Of a DNA stretch of 64,000 nt, positions 36,935 through 46,373 are shown piece after piece. The notes under the pieces are model-generated. The model made no database searches, was not told the DNA's origin, and saw nothing but the letters and a program-made list of their open reading frames with translations. The position numbers and the translations under genes are program-made. Position 1 is the stretch's first letter. Every line of letters begins with the position of its first letter. Source of the DNA: a virus; the IMG/VR virus record IMGVR_UViG_3300045988_105290, one strand, 5' to 3'.

Positions 36935-38250
36935 GCGAGAACGACGCCATCCGAAACGTGACACTGCTCGGCGGCACGGCGGCGCGCCGCACCAATGCGC
37001 CGAAGCAGTACAGCGGCCGGCAAAAGCAATACAGCGGCGATGCGACCGCACTCTTTTACGCAGAGCGCGCGAAGTACGCGACCGATTTTGTGGACGCGCA
37101 GGTGCAGGGGCTGGTGCCGGGCGACTTTTACGCATGGCGCGGGCAGAAAATGCGCATCAGCGACACGATCAAGCAGGGCGCAAGCCTGACGAGAAAGACG
37201 GACGACCAGAAGGAATACCTGATGGCAGACCGTGGCATCGACTACATCCCCGAGGGGGCAAAGATCGAAACGATGGGGTCAACGTGGCTTGCGACGAACC
37301 CATCCAACCTTTCAAGCGTTGCGGGAAGCGGCATCATGCGCCGATGCAACGCAACATGGAACCATCTGGACTGGTACGGCAGGGTGCGCAAGGAACCCAT
37401 CCTTGTGGAAAAACAGCAGGCGATGGCGACGGCAAACGACTTTCAGGACGTGTCGCTCATCATGCAGGGATACTTCAACATCATCTGCCAGAAAAACCCC
37501 GAGACGGAGGAGCTGGATCAGAACAGCCGCCTGATCCTCGGACGAAGGGCATTCCAGATCACGGGATACAGCGACGTGACGCAGGAATTCACAGGAGAGG
37601 ACGAGAGCACGCATCTTTTGTACTTTGCGGCGCGGATTCAAGAGCCGGACGAAACGATAGACGACCTTGCACGCAGAGTTGCGGGCGGGAAAACCTTTTC
37701 GTGGGAAATCCGAATCTCCGGCGCGGCGGTGCTGCGCGCGGGGGAAACCGCACAGATGGAAGCAGAATCCATCCGCTGCGGCGAAGCGGTGGCGGGCGGA
37801 GACGAAAAGCATCCGGTCTCGTATTTCTGGGAAACGAGCGACGAAGCGGTGGCTCGCGTGGATGCGGGCGGGCTTGTGACCGCTGTGAGCGCTGGAAGCT
37901 GCACGATCACGGCGCGGCTGGCACAGAACCCGGAGATCGAAAGCGGGATCACGCTGAGCGTTGCAGATGAAAAGAGCGGCGCGGAGGTAAGATTCCTCAC
38001 CGAACCGCCTGAAACGATCGGTGCTTACGACGCGGCGACGCTGCGGGCGGCCTACTACGAAGGCGGAGAAAAGAAGGGCAACGCCGTGACATGGGAAATT
38101 TCCGGCGCGAGCGAGGACGCTTATACCGCCGCAGTGCTCGGAAATCAGGTGACGATACAAAACTGGGGCGGCAGCGAAACGCCGCTGACGGTGACGGCAA
38201 AATGCGGCGATGCAAGCGCGAGCGCGAGCGTCCGGCTGGAGGGGATATAA
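36931..38250 (+). CDS. Structural protein with C-terminal Ig-like (Big_2-type) repeats
   Basis: 439 aa; VARVDAGGLVTAVSAGSCTITARL motif. Confidence 0.65.
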   Translation: MSENDAIRNVTLLGGTAARRTNAPKQYSGRQKQYSGDATALFYAERAKYATDFVDAQVQGLVPGDFYAWRGQKMRISDTIKQGASLTRKTDDQKEYLMADRGIDYIPEGAKIETMGSTWLATNPSNLSSVAGSGIMRRCNATWNHLDWYGRVRKEPILVEKQQAMATANDFQDVSLIMQGYFNIICQKNPETEELDQNSRLILGRRAFQITGYSDVTQEFTGEDESTHLLYFAARIQEPDETIDDLARRVAGGKTFSWEIRISGAAVLRAGETAQMEAESIRCGEAVAGGDEKHPVSYFWETSDEAVARVDAGGLVTAVSAGSCTITARLAQNPEIESGITLSVADEKSGAEVRFLTEPPETIGAYDAATLRAAYYEGGEKKGNAVTWEISGASEDAYTAAVLGNQVTIQNWGGSETPLTVTAKCGDASASASVRLEGI

Positions 38251-38251
38251 A

Positions 38252-38431
38252 ATGGAGCACTGCCCATACGCTTACCGAAAGATCGGAGATGTGAGTCTGC
38301 ATTGCTGCGCGGACGAGCAAAACAGCGAAAGCGACTGGTGCGCGCATCAGTTTTTCTGCCCCGATACGGGGCGGTGCGAGGTATCTCCCGACGGGGCGCG
38401 ATGCCCGCTGAGGGAATGCAAAAATCCATAA
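38252..38431 (+). CDS. Small Cys-rich protein
   Basis: 59 aa from an internal ATG; 8 Cys residues. Confidence 0.4.
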   Translation: MEHCPYAYRKIGDVSLHCCADEQNSESDWCAHQFFCPDTGRCEVSPDGARCPLRECKNP

Positions 38432-38453
38432 ATATCTGAAAGGAACTTAAATT

Positions 38454-39011
38454 ATGGAATACAAAAAGCTGACGGATGAAATGATGGCGGCGGCGCGCGA
38501 CTATGTGCCGCTGATGGAAAAGATGGCGTTTCTGCGCGCCTGCGCGTCGGACTGCTTTGAACGCATGGAAATGCGGCTGACGGACGACACCGTTCTTCCG
38601 TTCTTCAAGGAAAACGGAGAGCGCAAGAGCCGCTACATGATGGGCGCGCTGGTAAAGCTCTATCTGATGCAGGAGATCGAACCGGCGGAGGGAACGAAGT
38701 TCCTGCTGGCGGCAGACGACTACGACCGCTGGGCGGGCGGACACATCCTCGGACAGCTGAAAGCGATGAAGGCGCGCGGCGGCCCGACCAGCGAAAAGGC
38801 AAACAACCTGATCGCAGACTACAAGGAGCTGGAAAAGCGCTTCAACGCAGAGGTGTACGCGATGCTTCAGGGAATGAACGACCCCGTTTCGAGGATGCAG
38901 CAGATGGCAATGCAGAGCATGACGCCGGAGGCGGTGCAGAAGCTGGCCGAGCAGACCGGCGAGATCAGGGATGAGCTGGAAGCATTTCGAAAGAAGCGTG
39001 AAGGAAAATGA
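38454..39011 (+). CDS. Hypothetical structural protein
   Basis: 185 aa, RBS present. Confidence 0.55.
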   Translation: MEYKKLTDEMMAAARDYVPLMEKMAFLRACASDCFERMEMRLTDDTVLPFFKENGERKSRYMMGALVKLYLMQEIEPAEGTKFLLAADDYDRWAGGHILGQLKAMKARGGPTSEKANNLIADYKELEKRFNAEVYAMLQGMNDPVSRMQQMAMQSMTPEAVQKLAEQTGEIRDELEAFRKKREGK

Positions 39012-39712
39012 GCGCGAACTTTGAAAGCGCGACCTACCCATACGAGCGCGTACACCCTTCGTACCTGACATTCAAAGGGGCGGAGGAGCTGCCGAAGAAG
39101 CTGCTCCTTTATCTGCTCGACCTGCCCGATGCGGCAGGATATATACCGAAGGATGACAACGCAAGACCGCGCGTGCGGCTTTCCAAGTACCTGTGGTATG
39201 ACGGGGCGAGACCGCTCGCAAACTCGCTGCCAACGGCGGCAGAAAAGCGCAGCATGCTTTTTGACGGCGAACAGCCCGTGGTGGACAGCGCCGAGATGAA
39301 GAAAAAGCACCCGAAGGGCTACCGGCTCTACGCCCAGCGATTTGACGGGCAGGCGCAGACCGAGGCGCAGACGACGATCCGATGCTTTCTGGGGCGCGTT
39401 TTTGCGGAGAACCCCTACAAGGCGCGCATCGGAGTGACATTCATCATCACCTGCAACGTGAATCAGGAGACGACGACGAGGTCAGACGCATATTCCCGCG
39501 CATACGACATCGAGCAGTGCATCATCGAGGCGCTTCACGGCGTAAACATGACGGGCATTGGCGTATGCGATTTTTCGCGCATGGCGCATGGAGACAATGG
39601 AAGCAGGTCAATTTACGACCAGACGGGCACACTGGTGGGACGCGAGGTCAAGATGAGCATCCAATGGGCGGAGAGCGACGATGCAGAGTCCGGCGCCGTG
39701 ACCGCTTTTTGA
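39008..39712 (+). CDS. Hypothetical structural protein
   Basis: 234 aa, overlapping start. Confidence 0.55.
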   Translation: MSANFESATYPYERVHPSYLTFKGAEELPKKLLLYLLDLPDAAGYIPKDDNARPRVRLSKYLWYDGARPLANSLPTAAEKRSMLFDGEQPVVDSAEMKKKHPKGYRLYAQRFDGQAQTEAQTTIRCFLGRVFAENPYKARIGVTFIITCNVNQETTTRSDAYSRAYDIEQCIIEALHGVNMTGIGVCDFSRMAHGDNGSRSIYDQTGTLVGREVKMSIQWAESDDAESGAVTAF

Positions 39713-39745
39713 GATAAAAGAAATACGATCACGGAGGACAGCCAC

Positions 39746-40054
39746 ATGAGTATGGAAATGCAGGATGTAGCTATCGCCCTGGAAGGGCACGAGCATGAGA
39801 TCAAGTCGCTCAAGCACCGCATGGTTGCGGTGGAAGAGGCGCAAAAGGCGATGAATGAGCTGACCACAAGCGTGAAGCTGATGGCGGAGGAACAGAAAAA
39901 CATTTCGGAAAAAGTCGATAAGATCGACAAGAAGATGACGGCGGTGGAGGGGAGACCTGCCGAGCGCTGGGAGAACATGGTGGACAAGGTCATCTGGCTT
40001 CTGGCGGGCGCCGCGATCATCGCCTTTTTCGCTCAAGCAGGAATCGCCTTATAA
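39746..40054 (+). CDS. XhlA-like coiled-coil protein with C-terminal TM anchor
   Basis: 102 aa; heptad region followed by VIWLLAGAAIIAFFAQAGIAL. Confidence 0.6.
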   Translation: MSMEMQDVAIALEGHEHEIKSLKHRMVAVEEAQKAMNELTTSVKLMAEEQKNISEKVDKIDKKMTAVEGRPAERWENMVDKVIWLLAGAAIIAFFAQAGIAL

Positions 40055-40090
40055 AAATTCCGGATATGCGAGGAAGGAGAAAATAAAAAA

Positions 40091-40930
40091 GTGGAACTTT
40101 CTCTTGCTATCAAAAAAGCCGTGCGGACGTACAGCGATATCGAAACGGACGGCATTACCCTGTACCCGATCCTTGTATCCAGATGGGATGAATTTATGCT
40201 GGCGCGGCCGGCGCTCGAGCTGATGCAGCAGACACTCCCGGTAAGGTATCTCTCCATGCCGCTGCTCAGCGCGTATTACGCGATGGACTACGAGGCTGTA
40301 ACCAAAGACAGCGGCGGCTTGCCGACGGGGCTGTTTGCGCGCTCGCTTCTGCTCCTGTCACTCGCCCTGCGGCTTGGGCGGGCAGACGAGGAAGCGGAGC
40401 AAACGCTGAAACGGTTCCGGCTGCGGGTGGATGAAAGCGACCCGTCGATGCTGCGGGCGGTGGAATTTTCGCAGGACGGCGAAACGATGCAGAGCATCAC
40501 GCCGGTGCAGTTTTCAAGACTGCGGGAGATCATTGCGGCACAAAACGGCGTGGAGCTGGTAAGCGCGGACGCGAATCCCGAGCTTGTGGAGGCGGAGCGC
40601 GACATTGCGGAGCAAAGGAGCGCAAAGCTGAGCGGCGATTTCGGAGAGCTTTTCAGCACCGTGGCGGCGCTGAGCCACGAGGATGAAAAAACCATTATGG
40701 AATGGCCCATCAAGAAATTGTTGGACCGCAAGGATGCTTACGCGCGTGTGCTGGGATACCTTCTGTGCGGCGTGAGCGAAGCGAACGGCGCAAAGTGGAC
40801 GGGCGGAAACCCGTATCCCAGCCCGTTTTTCAGCAGAATGCAGCATGGCAGCGGCGCCCTGATCGCACTCGACCGCTTTGCCGGCGGCGCGGGCGCGAAA
40901 GCCGTTGCCGAGCAGCAGACGCAAGGATAA
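40091..40930 (+). CDS. Hypothetical tail-module protein (GTG start)
   Basis: 279 aa, GAAGGAG RBS. Confidence 0.55.
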   Translation: MELSLAIKKAVRTYSDIETDGITLYPILVSRWDEFMLARPALELMQQTLPVRYLSMPLLSAYYAMDYEAVTKDSGGLPTGLFARSLLLLSLALRLGRADEEAEQTLKRFRLRVDESDPSMLRAVEFSQDGETMQSITPVQFSRLREIIAAQNGVELVSADANPELVEAERDIAEQRSAKLSGDFGELFSTVAALSHEDEKTIMEWPIKKLLDRKDAYARVLGYLLCGVSEANGAKWTGGNPYPSPFFSRMQHGSGALIALDRFAGGAGAKAVAEQQTQG

Positions 40931-40963
40931 CAACAGACGACAAATTTCAAAGGAGTTGAGAGT

Positions 40964-42088
40964 ATGATCCAGTTTACTGATCCGAAACTTTACCTCAAGG
41001 GAACGTGCCTCGGCATTGGCGCAGACCCGAAGACCGGACAGATCCTTTTTTACGACAACAAGTTCCAGACCGCGAACTTCCAGACGAGCCTGACGATGGG
41101 CGAGATCCGCGCGGGACTGGGCAACGCCATCGCCACGATGCTGGGCAGCGACAGCGCCGTGACCGTGAACGGTATTTCTGCCGCGTTCAACCTCGCCATG
41201 AAAATGGCGCAGGTGGGCGGTACGCTGCGCTATAACGCGCCCGCGCCCGTGTGTCAGGTCGTGACCGCAGAAAGCGCGGCGCTGAAGGTGAACGTTGCCT
41301 CCGGCGCGCCGGTCGCGCAGGTGGGCATGAGCAAGGTGCTGTGCTACGTGCAGACTGTGGGCGAAAGCTCGCTGATCGCGCAGGACGGCATTCCCTATCC
41401 TATTACTGCGGACGGCACTGTGGCCGGATTCACCGCGAAGAGCGGCGAGCAGTACAAGGTATGGTACTTCGTCAACAAGGCGAGCGCACAGCTTGGCACC
41501 ATCACCTCGATGATGAACCCGAAGGTGCTGCACTGGACGCTGCAGATGGCCGTCTACGCCAACGCGAACAGCGAGAGCAACGGCGGAACGCGCGTGGGCT
41601 GGCTGTATGCCATCGTGCCGATGCTAAAGCTCAACGGCGACGGCGGCGGTATCGTGGGCGACCAGACGACCCCCGACACCACGAGCTACACCGGACAGGC
41701 GCTGACTGCGGATGAAGACGTGGTTTCCGGAACCTGTGACAACTGCGGCGAGAGCGTGCTGGCGCACTATCTCTACGTCCCCGATGAAGCAAGTGCTGAT
41801 ATCAAGGGCCTTGCCATCGTGGGCGGCGTGGTGAATGTGCCCGTGAGCGGCACGGCGAAAGTCAACGCCAAGTTCGTGATGGCGAACGGCCAGCTCGTCG
41901 ATATCGATCCTGCCAATCAGGCAAAGTATGCACTGACGGGAGCACCGAGCGGTACGAGCGTTTCGACCGACGGCGTGATCACGGCGGGCGCGACTGCCGG
42001 AAGCAACGGCGAGATCACCGTCACCTATCCGGCGACCGGCGCCGCGCAGTTCACCTGCACGGCGAATCTCGCGGTAGTGAGCGGCTAA
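40964..42088 (+). CDS. Putative major tail (tube) protein with Ig-like C-terminus
   Basis: 374 aa, strong RBS; followed by a GCCCCCTC/GAGGGGGC hairpin at 42096-42115. Confidence 0.65.
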   Translation: MIQFTDPKLYLKGTCLGIGADPKTGQILFYDNKFQTANFQTSLTMGEIRAGLGNAIATMLGSDSAVTVNGISAAFNLAMKMAQVGGTLRYNAPAPVCQVVTAESAALKVNVASGAPVAQVGMSKVLCYVQTVGESSLIAQDGIPYPITADGTVAGFTAKSGEQYKVWYFVNKASAQLGTITSMMNPKVLHWTLQMAVYANANSESNGGTRVGWLYAIVPMLKLNGDGGGIVGDQTTPDTTSYTGQALTADEDVVSGTCDNCGESVLAHYLYVPDEASADIKGLAIVGGVVNVPVSGTAKVNAKFVMANGQLVDIDPANQAKYALTGAPSGTSVSTDGVITAGATAGSNGEITVTYPATGAAQFTCTANLAVVSG

Positions 42089-42186
42089 GACAAAAGCCCC
42101 CTCGCAAGAGGGGGCGAGCGCGAGGGCACGAGGGAGATCGCGCCTTGGCGCTTATAAGGAGCTGAGACAGCAGGAGGCAAAGACGC

Positions 42187-42723
42187 ATGAACATTTCACT
42201 TTCAGTGAGTGTGACGGGACTGGACGAGGACATCGCCCAGATCGAGGGGAGATTCCGCACGGCGATGAAAAACGCAATGCCTGCGCTCAAGGAAGAAATG
42301 GCGATGTGCCTTGCCGAGCACGTGCAGGGGGACGTATACGAGAAATTTACGCCAAAAGAGTATGTGCGGCGCGGCGAATACGGCGGGCTCGCGGACATTG
42401 ACGCGAACGCTCACTTTGACATGAGAGACAACGGCGTGCGGATGATCTACCTTCCGAGCGGCGAAAGCGAGCAGGTGGAGCCGGAAGCACAGCTGGACGG
42501 CGACGCGCTCATTGGGCGCATTGAGAACAGACGCCCTGATTACGACTGGCGAAGAAAGCCACCCAGAAGACCGTTCTTTACCAACTTCCTTGGGGAAATG
42601 ATCGAGGAGGGGCGCGCGGAGCGGGCGCTGGTGAATGGAATCAACGCGGCGGACGGAACGCTTGAGGTCATGGCGGATCTATTCAGCACGACAAGAGACG
42701 GCGACGAGGGATTTTCAGACTGA
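42187..42723 (+). CDS. HK97 gp10-like tail-module protein
   Basis: 178 aa; ...HVQGDVYEKFTPKEYVRRGEYGGL... pattern. Confidence 0.55.
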   Translation: MNISLSVSVTGLDEDIAQIEGRFRTAMKNAMPALKEEMAMCLAEHVQGDVYEKFTPKEYVRRGEYGGLADIDANAHFDMRDNGVRMIYLPSGESEQVEPEAQLDGDALIGRIENRRPDYDWRRKPPRRPFFTNFLGEMIEEGRAERALVNGINAADGTLEVMADLFSTTRDGDEGFSD

Positions 42724-42740
42724 CGATAGGCGGTGGATGA

Positions 42741-45700
42741 ATGGCACAGGTACTTTTTAAGGGCGTTCCCGATTTTACGCAGGTACATATTGAGGTAGAA
42801 AAGGTCAAACGTGAGGTCGCCAGCATCAGTGCGTCACCGGTAAAATTGGGCGCAGGAACTGCGGCAAAGGAACTGAAAGATGTCAGTACGGCAGCGGAGA
42901 AAGCGGCGACATCTACCAAAAAGGTAACTGCTGCAAACGAACTCTTAGGAGACAGTTTCGGTAACATCTATAAAAAGATGCTCGTCTGGCAGGTCATGGG
43001 AACGATGGTCAGCAAGACGCTGGGTGCGTTCCGCGATGCGCTGGATATGATGCAGAAGGTAGACGACGAGCTTGTGACCGTGCGCAAGGTGACAGGAGCG
43101 ACGGCGGCGGAGCTGGACGCGCTGAGCGAGAAAGCCTATAAGGTCGCTTCCGCTTACGGAGAAGCTGCGGACGAATATCTCAGCTCCGTTTCGGCCTTTG
43201 CCCGCGCGGGCTATGGCGATCAGGCGGCGGATCTTGCAGAGCTTGCTACGAAGACAAAGCTCGTCGGCGACACCAATGCAGAAACGGCGCAGCAGTTCCT
43301 CCTTTCCGTTGATGCGGCGTACCAGTACAAGGGCAATATTGAAGCGCTGAGCAAGGTGCTGGACGGCTCAAACCAGATTGATAACAGGTACGCCACCTCA
43401 TTATCCAAGATTGCGGAAGGTCTCGGTACGGTGGCGCCCGTCGCGGCGCAGGCACACGTTGGCATCGACGAGCTGACCGCTGCCATCGGTACGATCACGG
43501 CGGTAACGCAGAGAAGCGGAACGGAGGCCGCCCGCGCGTTCCGCGCTTTGGTTCTCAACATCGTGGGTGATACCAAGACGGAGATCGACGAGGGCGTAAC
43601 GTGGACGACCGGCGAGATCGCGGGCTTGCGCGATGTCATCAAGCTTTACGCAAAGGATGCCTACGATGCGGCGCAGGCGACCGGCGAGGTCATCGACCCG
43701 ATGAAGGCCATCGGCGGTCTTGCGCAGAGCATGAAGGACGGGCTGCTGACCGAGCAGAAGCTGATGGAGATGGTCAGCGACATCGGCGGAAAGCTGCGCA
43801 CCTCGCAGCTGCTCGCGCTGATCCAGAACTGGGATATGTACGAGTCCATGCTGGCCGACTACGGCAACGCTGTGGGCAGTGCGGACAAGGAAGTTGAGAA
43901 CGCGCTGGACAGCTGGACGCGCAAGACCAATATCCTGAAAAACAGCTGGTCCGAGTTCGTAAGCGGTATTGTTGATACCGATTTGATAAAGGGGGCGCTC
44001 GACGGCATTATTTGGGTCGTTGACAAGCTCAATGCGAGCCTGAAAGGCGATAGCGACAATAGGCTACAACGAAACGCGGGCATCTATATAGGGAATATCA
44101 ACACCTATCGGCAGCAGATCGAAGCGCTGAACAAAGCGATTGAGGATGGCGGCGGCGTCGCAACCGAAAAGCAGACGCAAAAGCTTGAAAAACTGCAAAA
44201 GAAACTGGGCGAAACAGAAGAAAAGGCCAGAGGCCTTTACAACACGCTGAAAGCGCAGGATGACGCAGGAGTATTGAGCGAGTCCATGCGCAGCACAATG
44301 GAGGGCCTCCAAGACCTACTGGGCATTATGCCCGAGGTGGAGACGGCGACTGAAAGTGCAGCGGTATCGGCGTCCGACTACGTTCAGGCGCTGATAAGCG
44401 AAAAGACGCAGGCCGGGGAAACCGGAAGCGAGCTTTACAATCTCGTTCAGGCCGAGATCGCGGCGAACAACCAGAACCTGAATTTCTCGCAGCAGGTTGC
44501 GGCGCTGCGGACACTGGCGACGCAGGCGGGCTATGCGGCCAGCGCAATCGCCGCCGTTTTCGGCATGGACGAGAACAGCATGAGCAACCAGATCCGCGCG
44601 GCGGCAAAGGGGTTGCTACAGGCGGGGCTTGCCGAGGATAGCCATGACGCTATGCTCAAGGCGAAGCAGAACTACATGAACGCCCTGTGGGGCAGCCTGA
44701 CCAACTTCTACACGCCGGAATCCAGCGGAATCCCAAGCGGAGGGCCACCGAGCAGAGAAAAGCCTTCCTCCGGGAGCACCAAGAGCCAGACGGACAAGCA
44801 GCTTGAGGCGCACAAGGAAAATGTTTCACTGCTCAAGAGCGAGCTTACCCTGATGGAAAAGCAGGGCAAAAGCGTGGGCGAGCAGGTGGAGAAGATCAAG
44901 GCCATCCAGAACGCGCTGCACCGTCAGGCGGAATATATGCGCTCCATCGGCGCAAGTCAGGACGAGATCAACGCCCTTTCCGCCGAATGGTACGACTGGC
45001 AGGAGAAGATCGCAGAGCTGCAAAAAAGCCTTCTTTCCGAGCTGGACAGCGCGGTGCAGAAGAAGCTGGACGAAGCGAAGAAAAACCGAGACGCAGAGCT
45101 GGACGCGATCCAAGCGCAGATCGACGCGCTGAAGGAGAAGAACGAAGCCGAGGATACGGCGCTTGCCATTGAAAAAAAGCGTGCAGCCATCACGGAAAAG
45201 CAGAACGACCTGCTCGAAAAGCAGAAGGCACTGCTTGATGCGCGCAACGAGCGAACCGTGCGCACCTACAACGCCAAGACAAACCAGTGGGAATGGATCG
45301 CGGACGAGAAAAACATAAAAACCGCCGAGGACGCCCTCAAGAGCGCCGAGGACGCGCTGGAAAAGGCCAAAGACGATCTTGCGGACTACAACAAGAAACT
45401 GGAGCGCGACGCAGAGATTGCAGCGCTGGAGGCCAAAAAGGACCAGATCAATGCCCACTATGACGCGCTGGAAAACGCATGGGACCGCATTATGGATTCC
45501 CTTGATGATCCTGTGCGCGAGATCAACGACATTCTCAAGGACATTGCAGAGAACGCGACGCCGGAGCTGCGAGACCAGATCCTTAAAAACCGCGATCTCT
45601 TTGAGGAGTTGGGCATTGACCTGAGCATGCTTTCCGGCGCGATGAAGGCACAGATCGAGAAAATCTACGCAGTCTCGTCCGGTGGACAGCAGTATGGCAT

Positions 45701-46358
45701 TGGAAGTGACCGCGGGCTCGACTTTGTGAACAACGCATCGGCTGGCAGTGAAATGACCGGAAGCGATGGCTCGCAGTGGACAAAGAATCCGGATGGGACG
45801 ACCACGATCACAAAAGACGGACAGACCTATACGACAACGGGGCAGCCAAACCACATCGTTCGGGTGCAGCCGGATGGGAAGGCCCCTCCGGGCTACGGGG
45901 TGGGTGACTGGGTGGTCACGGCGGCAGGAACGTATCAGATCACAGCGGTAAATCCCGATGGGTCTTATCAGTCTGTTTTGATCGACCGCAGCAAGACAAC
46001 GAGTACATATCCGGGTCCATATTACGATCAGGGCGGATGGCTCAACGGTACAGGCGGCATCAAGGCGACGAGCAAGCCAGAGACGGTGCTGCCGCCGGAT
46101 TTGACGGCCAAACTCCTTTCCCCTGCGGCAGACGCGACGTTCCAGAAGCGTATGAACGAGCTGGGATTCCTGTACGGGGCCACGGGCAGAACGCCGGTGA
46201 CGGCGGGAGGAACGGTGACGAATTCCAACGTGACGAACAACAACGGGGCGCATTACCACTACCGCGATATCGTGCTGACGGAAGAGCAGGCCAAGGGGAC
46301 ATCGCTCTATCAGCTGACGAAGCTGAGCGGAAGCCTTGGAAATTACAACAACATGTGA
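42741..46358 (+). CDS. Tape measure protein
   Basis: 1205 aa with long coiled-coil segments, at the expected position. Confidence 0.9.
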   Translation: MAQVLFKGVPDFTQVHIEVEKVKREVASISASPVKLGAGTAAKELKDVSTAAEKAATSTKKVTAANELLGDSFGNIYKKMLVWQVMGTMVSKTLGAFRDALDMMQKVDDELVTVRKVTGATAAELDALSEKAYKVASAYGEAADEYLSSVSAFARAGYGDQAADLAELATKTKLVGDTNAETAQQFLLSVDAAYQYKGNIEALSKVLDGSNQIDNRYATSLSKIAEGLGTVAPVAAQAHVGIDELTAAIGTITAVTQRSGTEAARAFRALVLNIVGDTKTEIDEGVTWTTGEIAGLRDVIKLYAKDAYDAAQATGEVIDPMKAIGGLAQSMKDGLLTEQKLMEMVSDIGGKLRTSQLLALIQNWDMYESMLADYGNAVGSADKEVENALDSWTRKTNILKNSWSEFVSGIVDTDLIKGALDGIIWVVDKLNASLKGDSDNRLQRNAGIYIGNINTYRQQIEALNKAIEDGGGVATEKQTQKLEKLQKKLGETEEKARGLYNTLKAQDDAGVLSESMRSTMEGLQDLLGIMPEVETATESAAVSASDYVQALISEKTQAGETGSELYNLVQAEIAANNQNLNFSQQVAALRTLATQAGYAASAIAAVFGMDENSMSNQIRAAAKGLLQAGLAEDSHDAMLKAKQNYMNALWGSLTNFYTPESSGIPSGGPPSREKPSSGSTKSQTDKQLEAHKENVSLLKSELTLMEKQGKSVGEQVEKIKAIQNALHRQAEYMRSIGASQDEINALSAEWYDWQEKIAELQKSLLSELDSAVQKKLDEAKKNRDAELDAIQAQIDALKEKNEAEDTALAIEKKRAAITEKQNDLLEKQKALLDARNERTVRTYNAKTNQWEWIADEKNIKTAEDALKSAEDALEKAKDDLADYNKKLERDAEIAALEAKKDQINAHYDALENAWDRIMDSLDDPVREINDILKDIAENATPELRDQILKNRDLFEELGIDLSMLSGAMKAQIEKIYAVSSGGQQYGIGSDRGLDFVNNASAGSEMTGSDGSQWTKNPDGTTTITKDGQTYTTTGQPNHIVRVQPDGKAPPGYGVGDWVVTAAGTYQITAVNPDGSYQSVLIDRSKTTSTYPGPYYDQGGWLNGTGGIKATSKPETVLPPDLTAKLLSPAADATFQKRMNELGFLYGATGRTPVTAGGTVTNSNVTNNNGAHYHYRDIVLTEEQAKGTSLYQLTKLSGSLGNYNNM

Positions 46359-46373
46359 GGGGAGGAAGAAAGC

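Noticed and set aside
42089-42741. Expected tail-chaperone pair with a -1 programmed frameshift between the tube and tape measure genes
   Set aside because: Only one ORF (42187-42723) is present, and I saw no slippery heptamer with an extended alternative frame.
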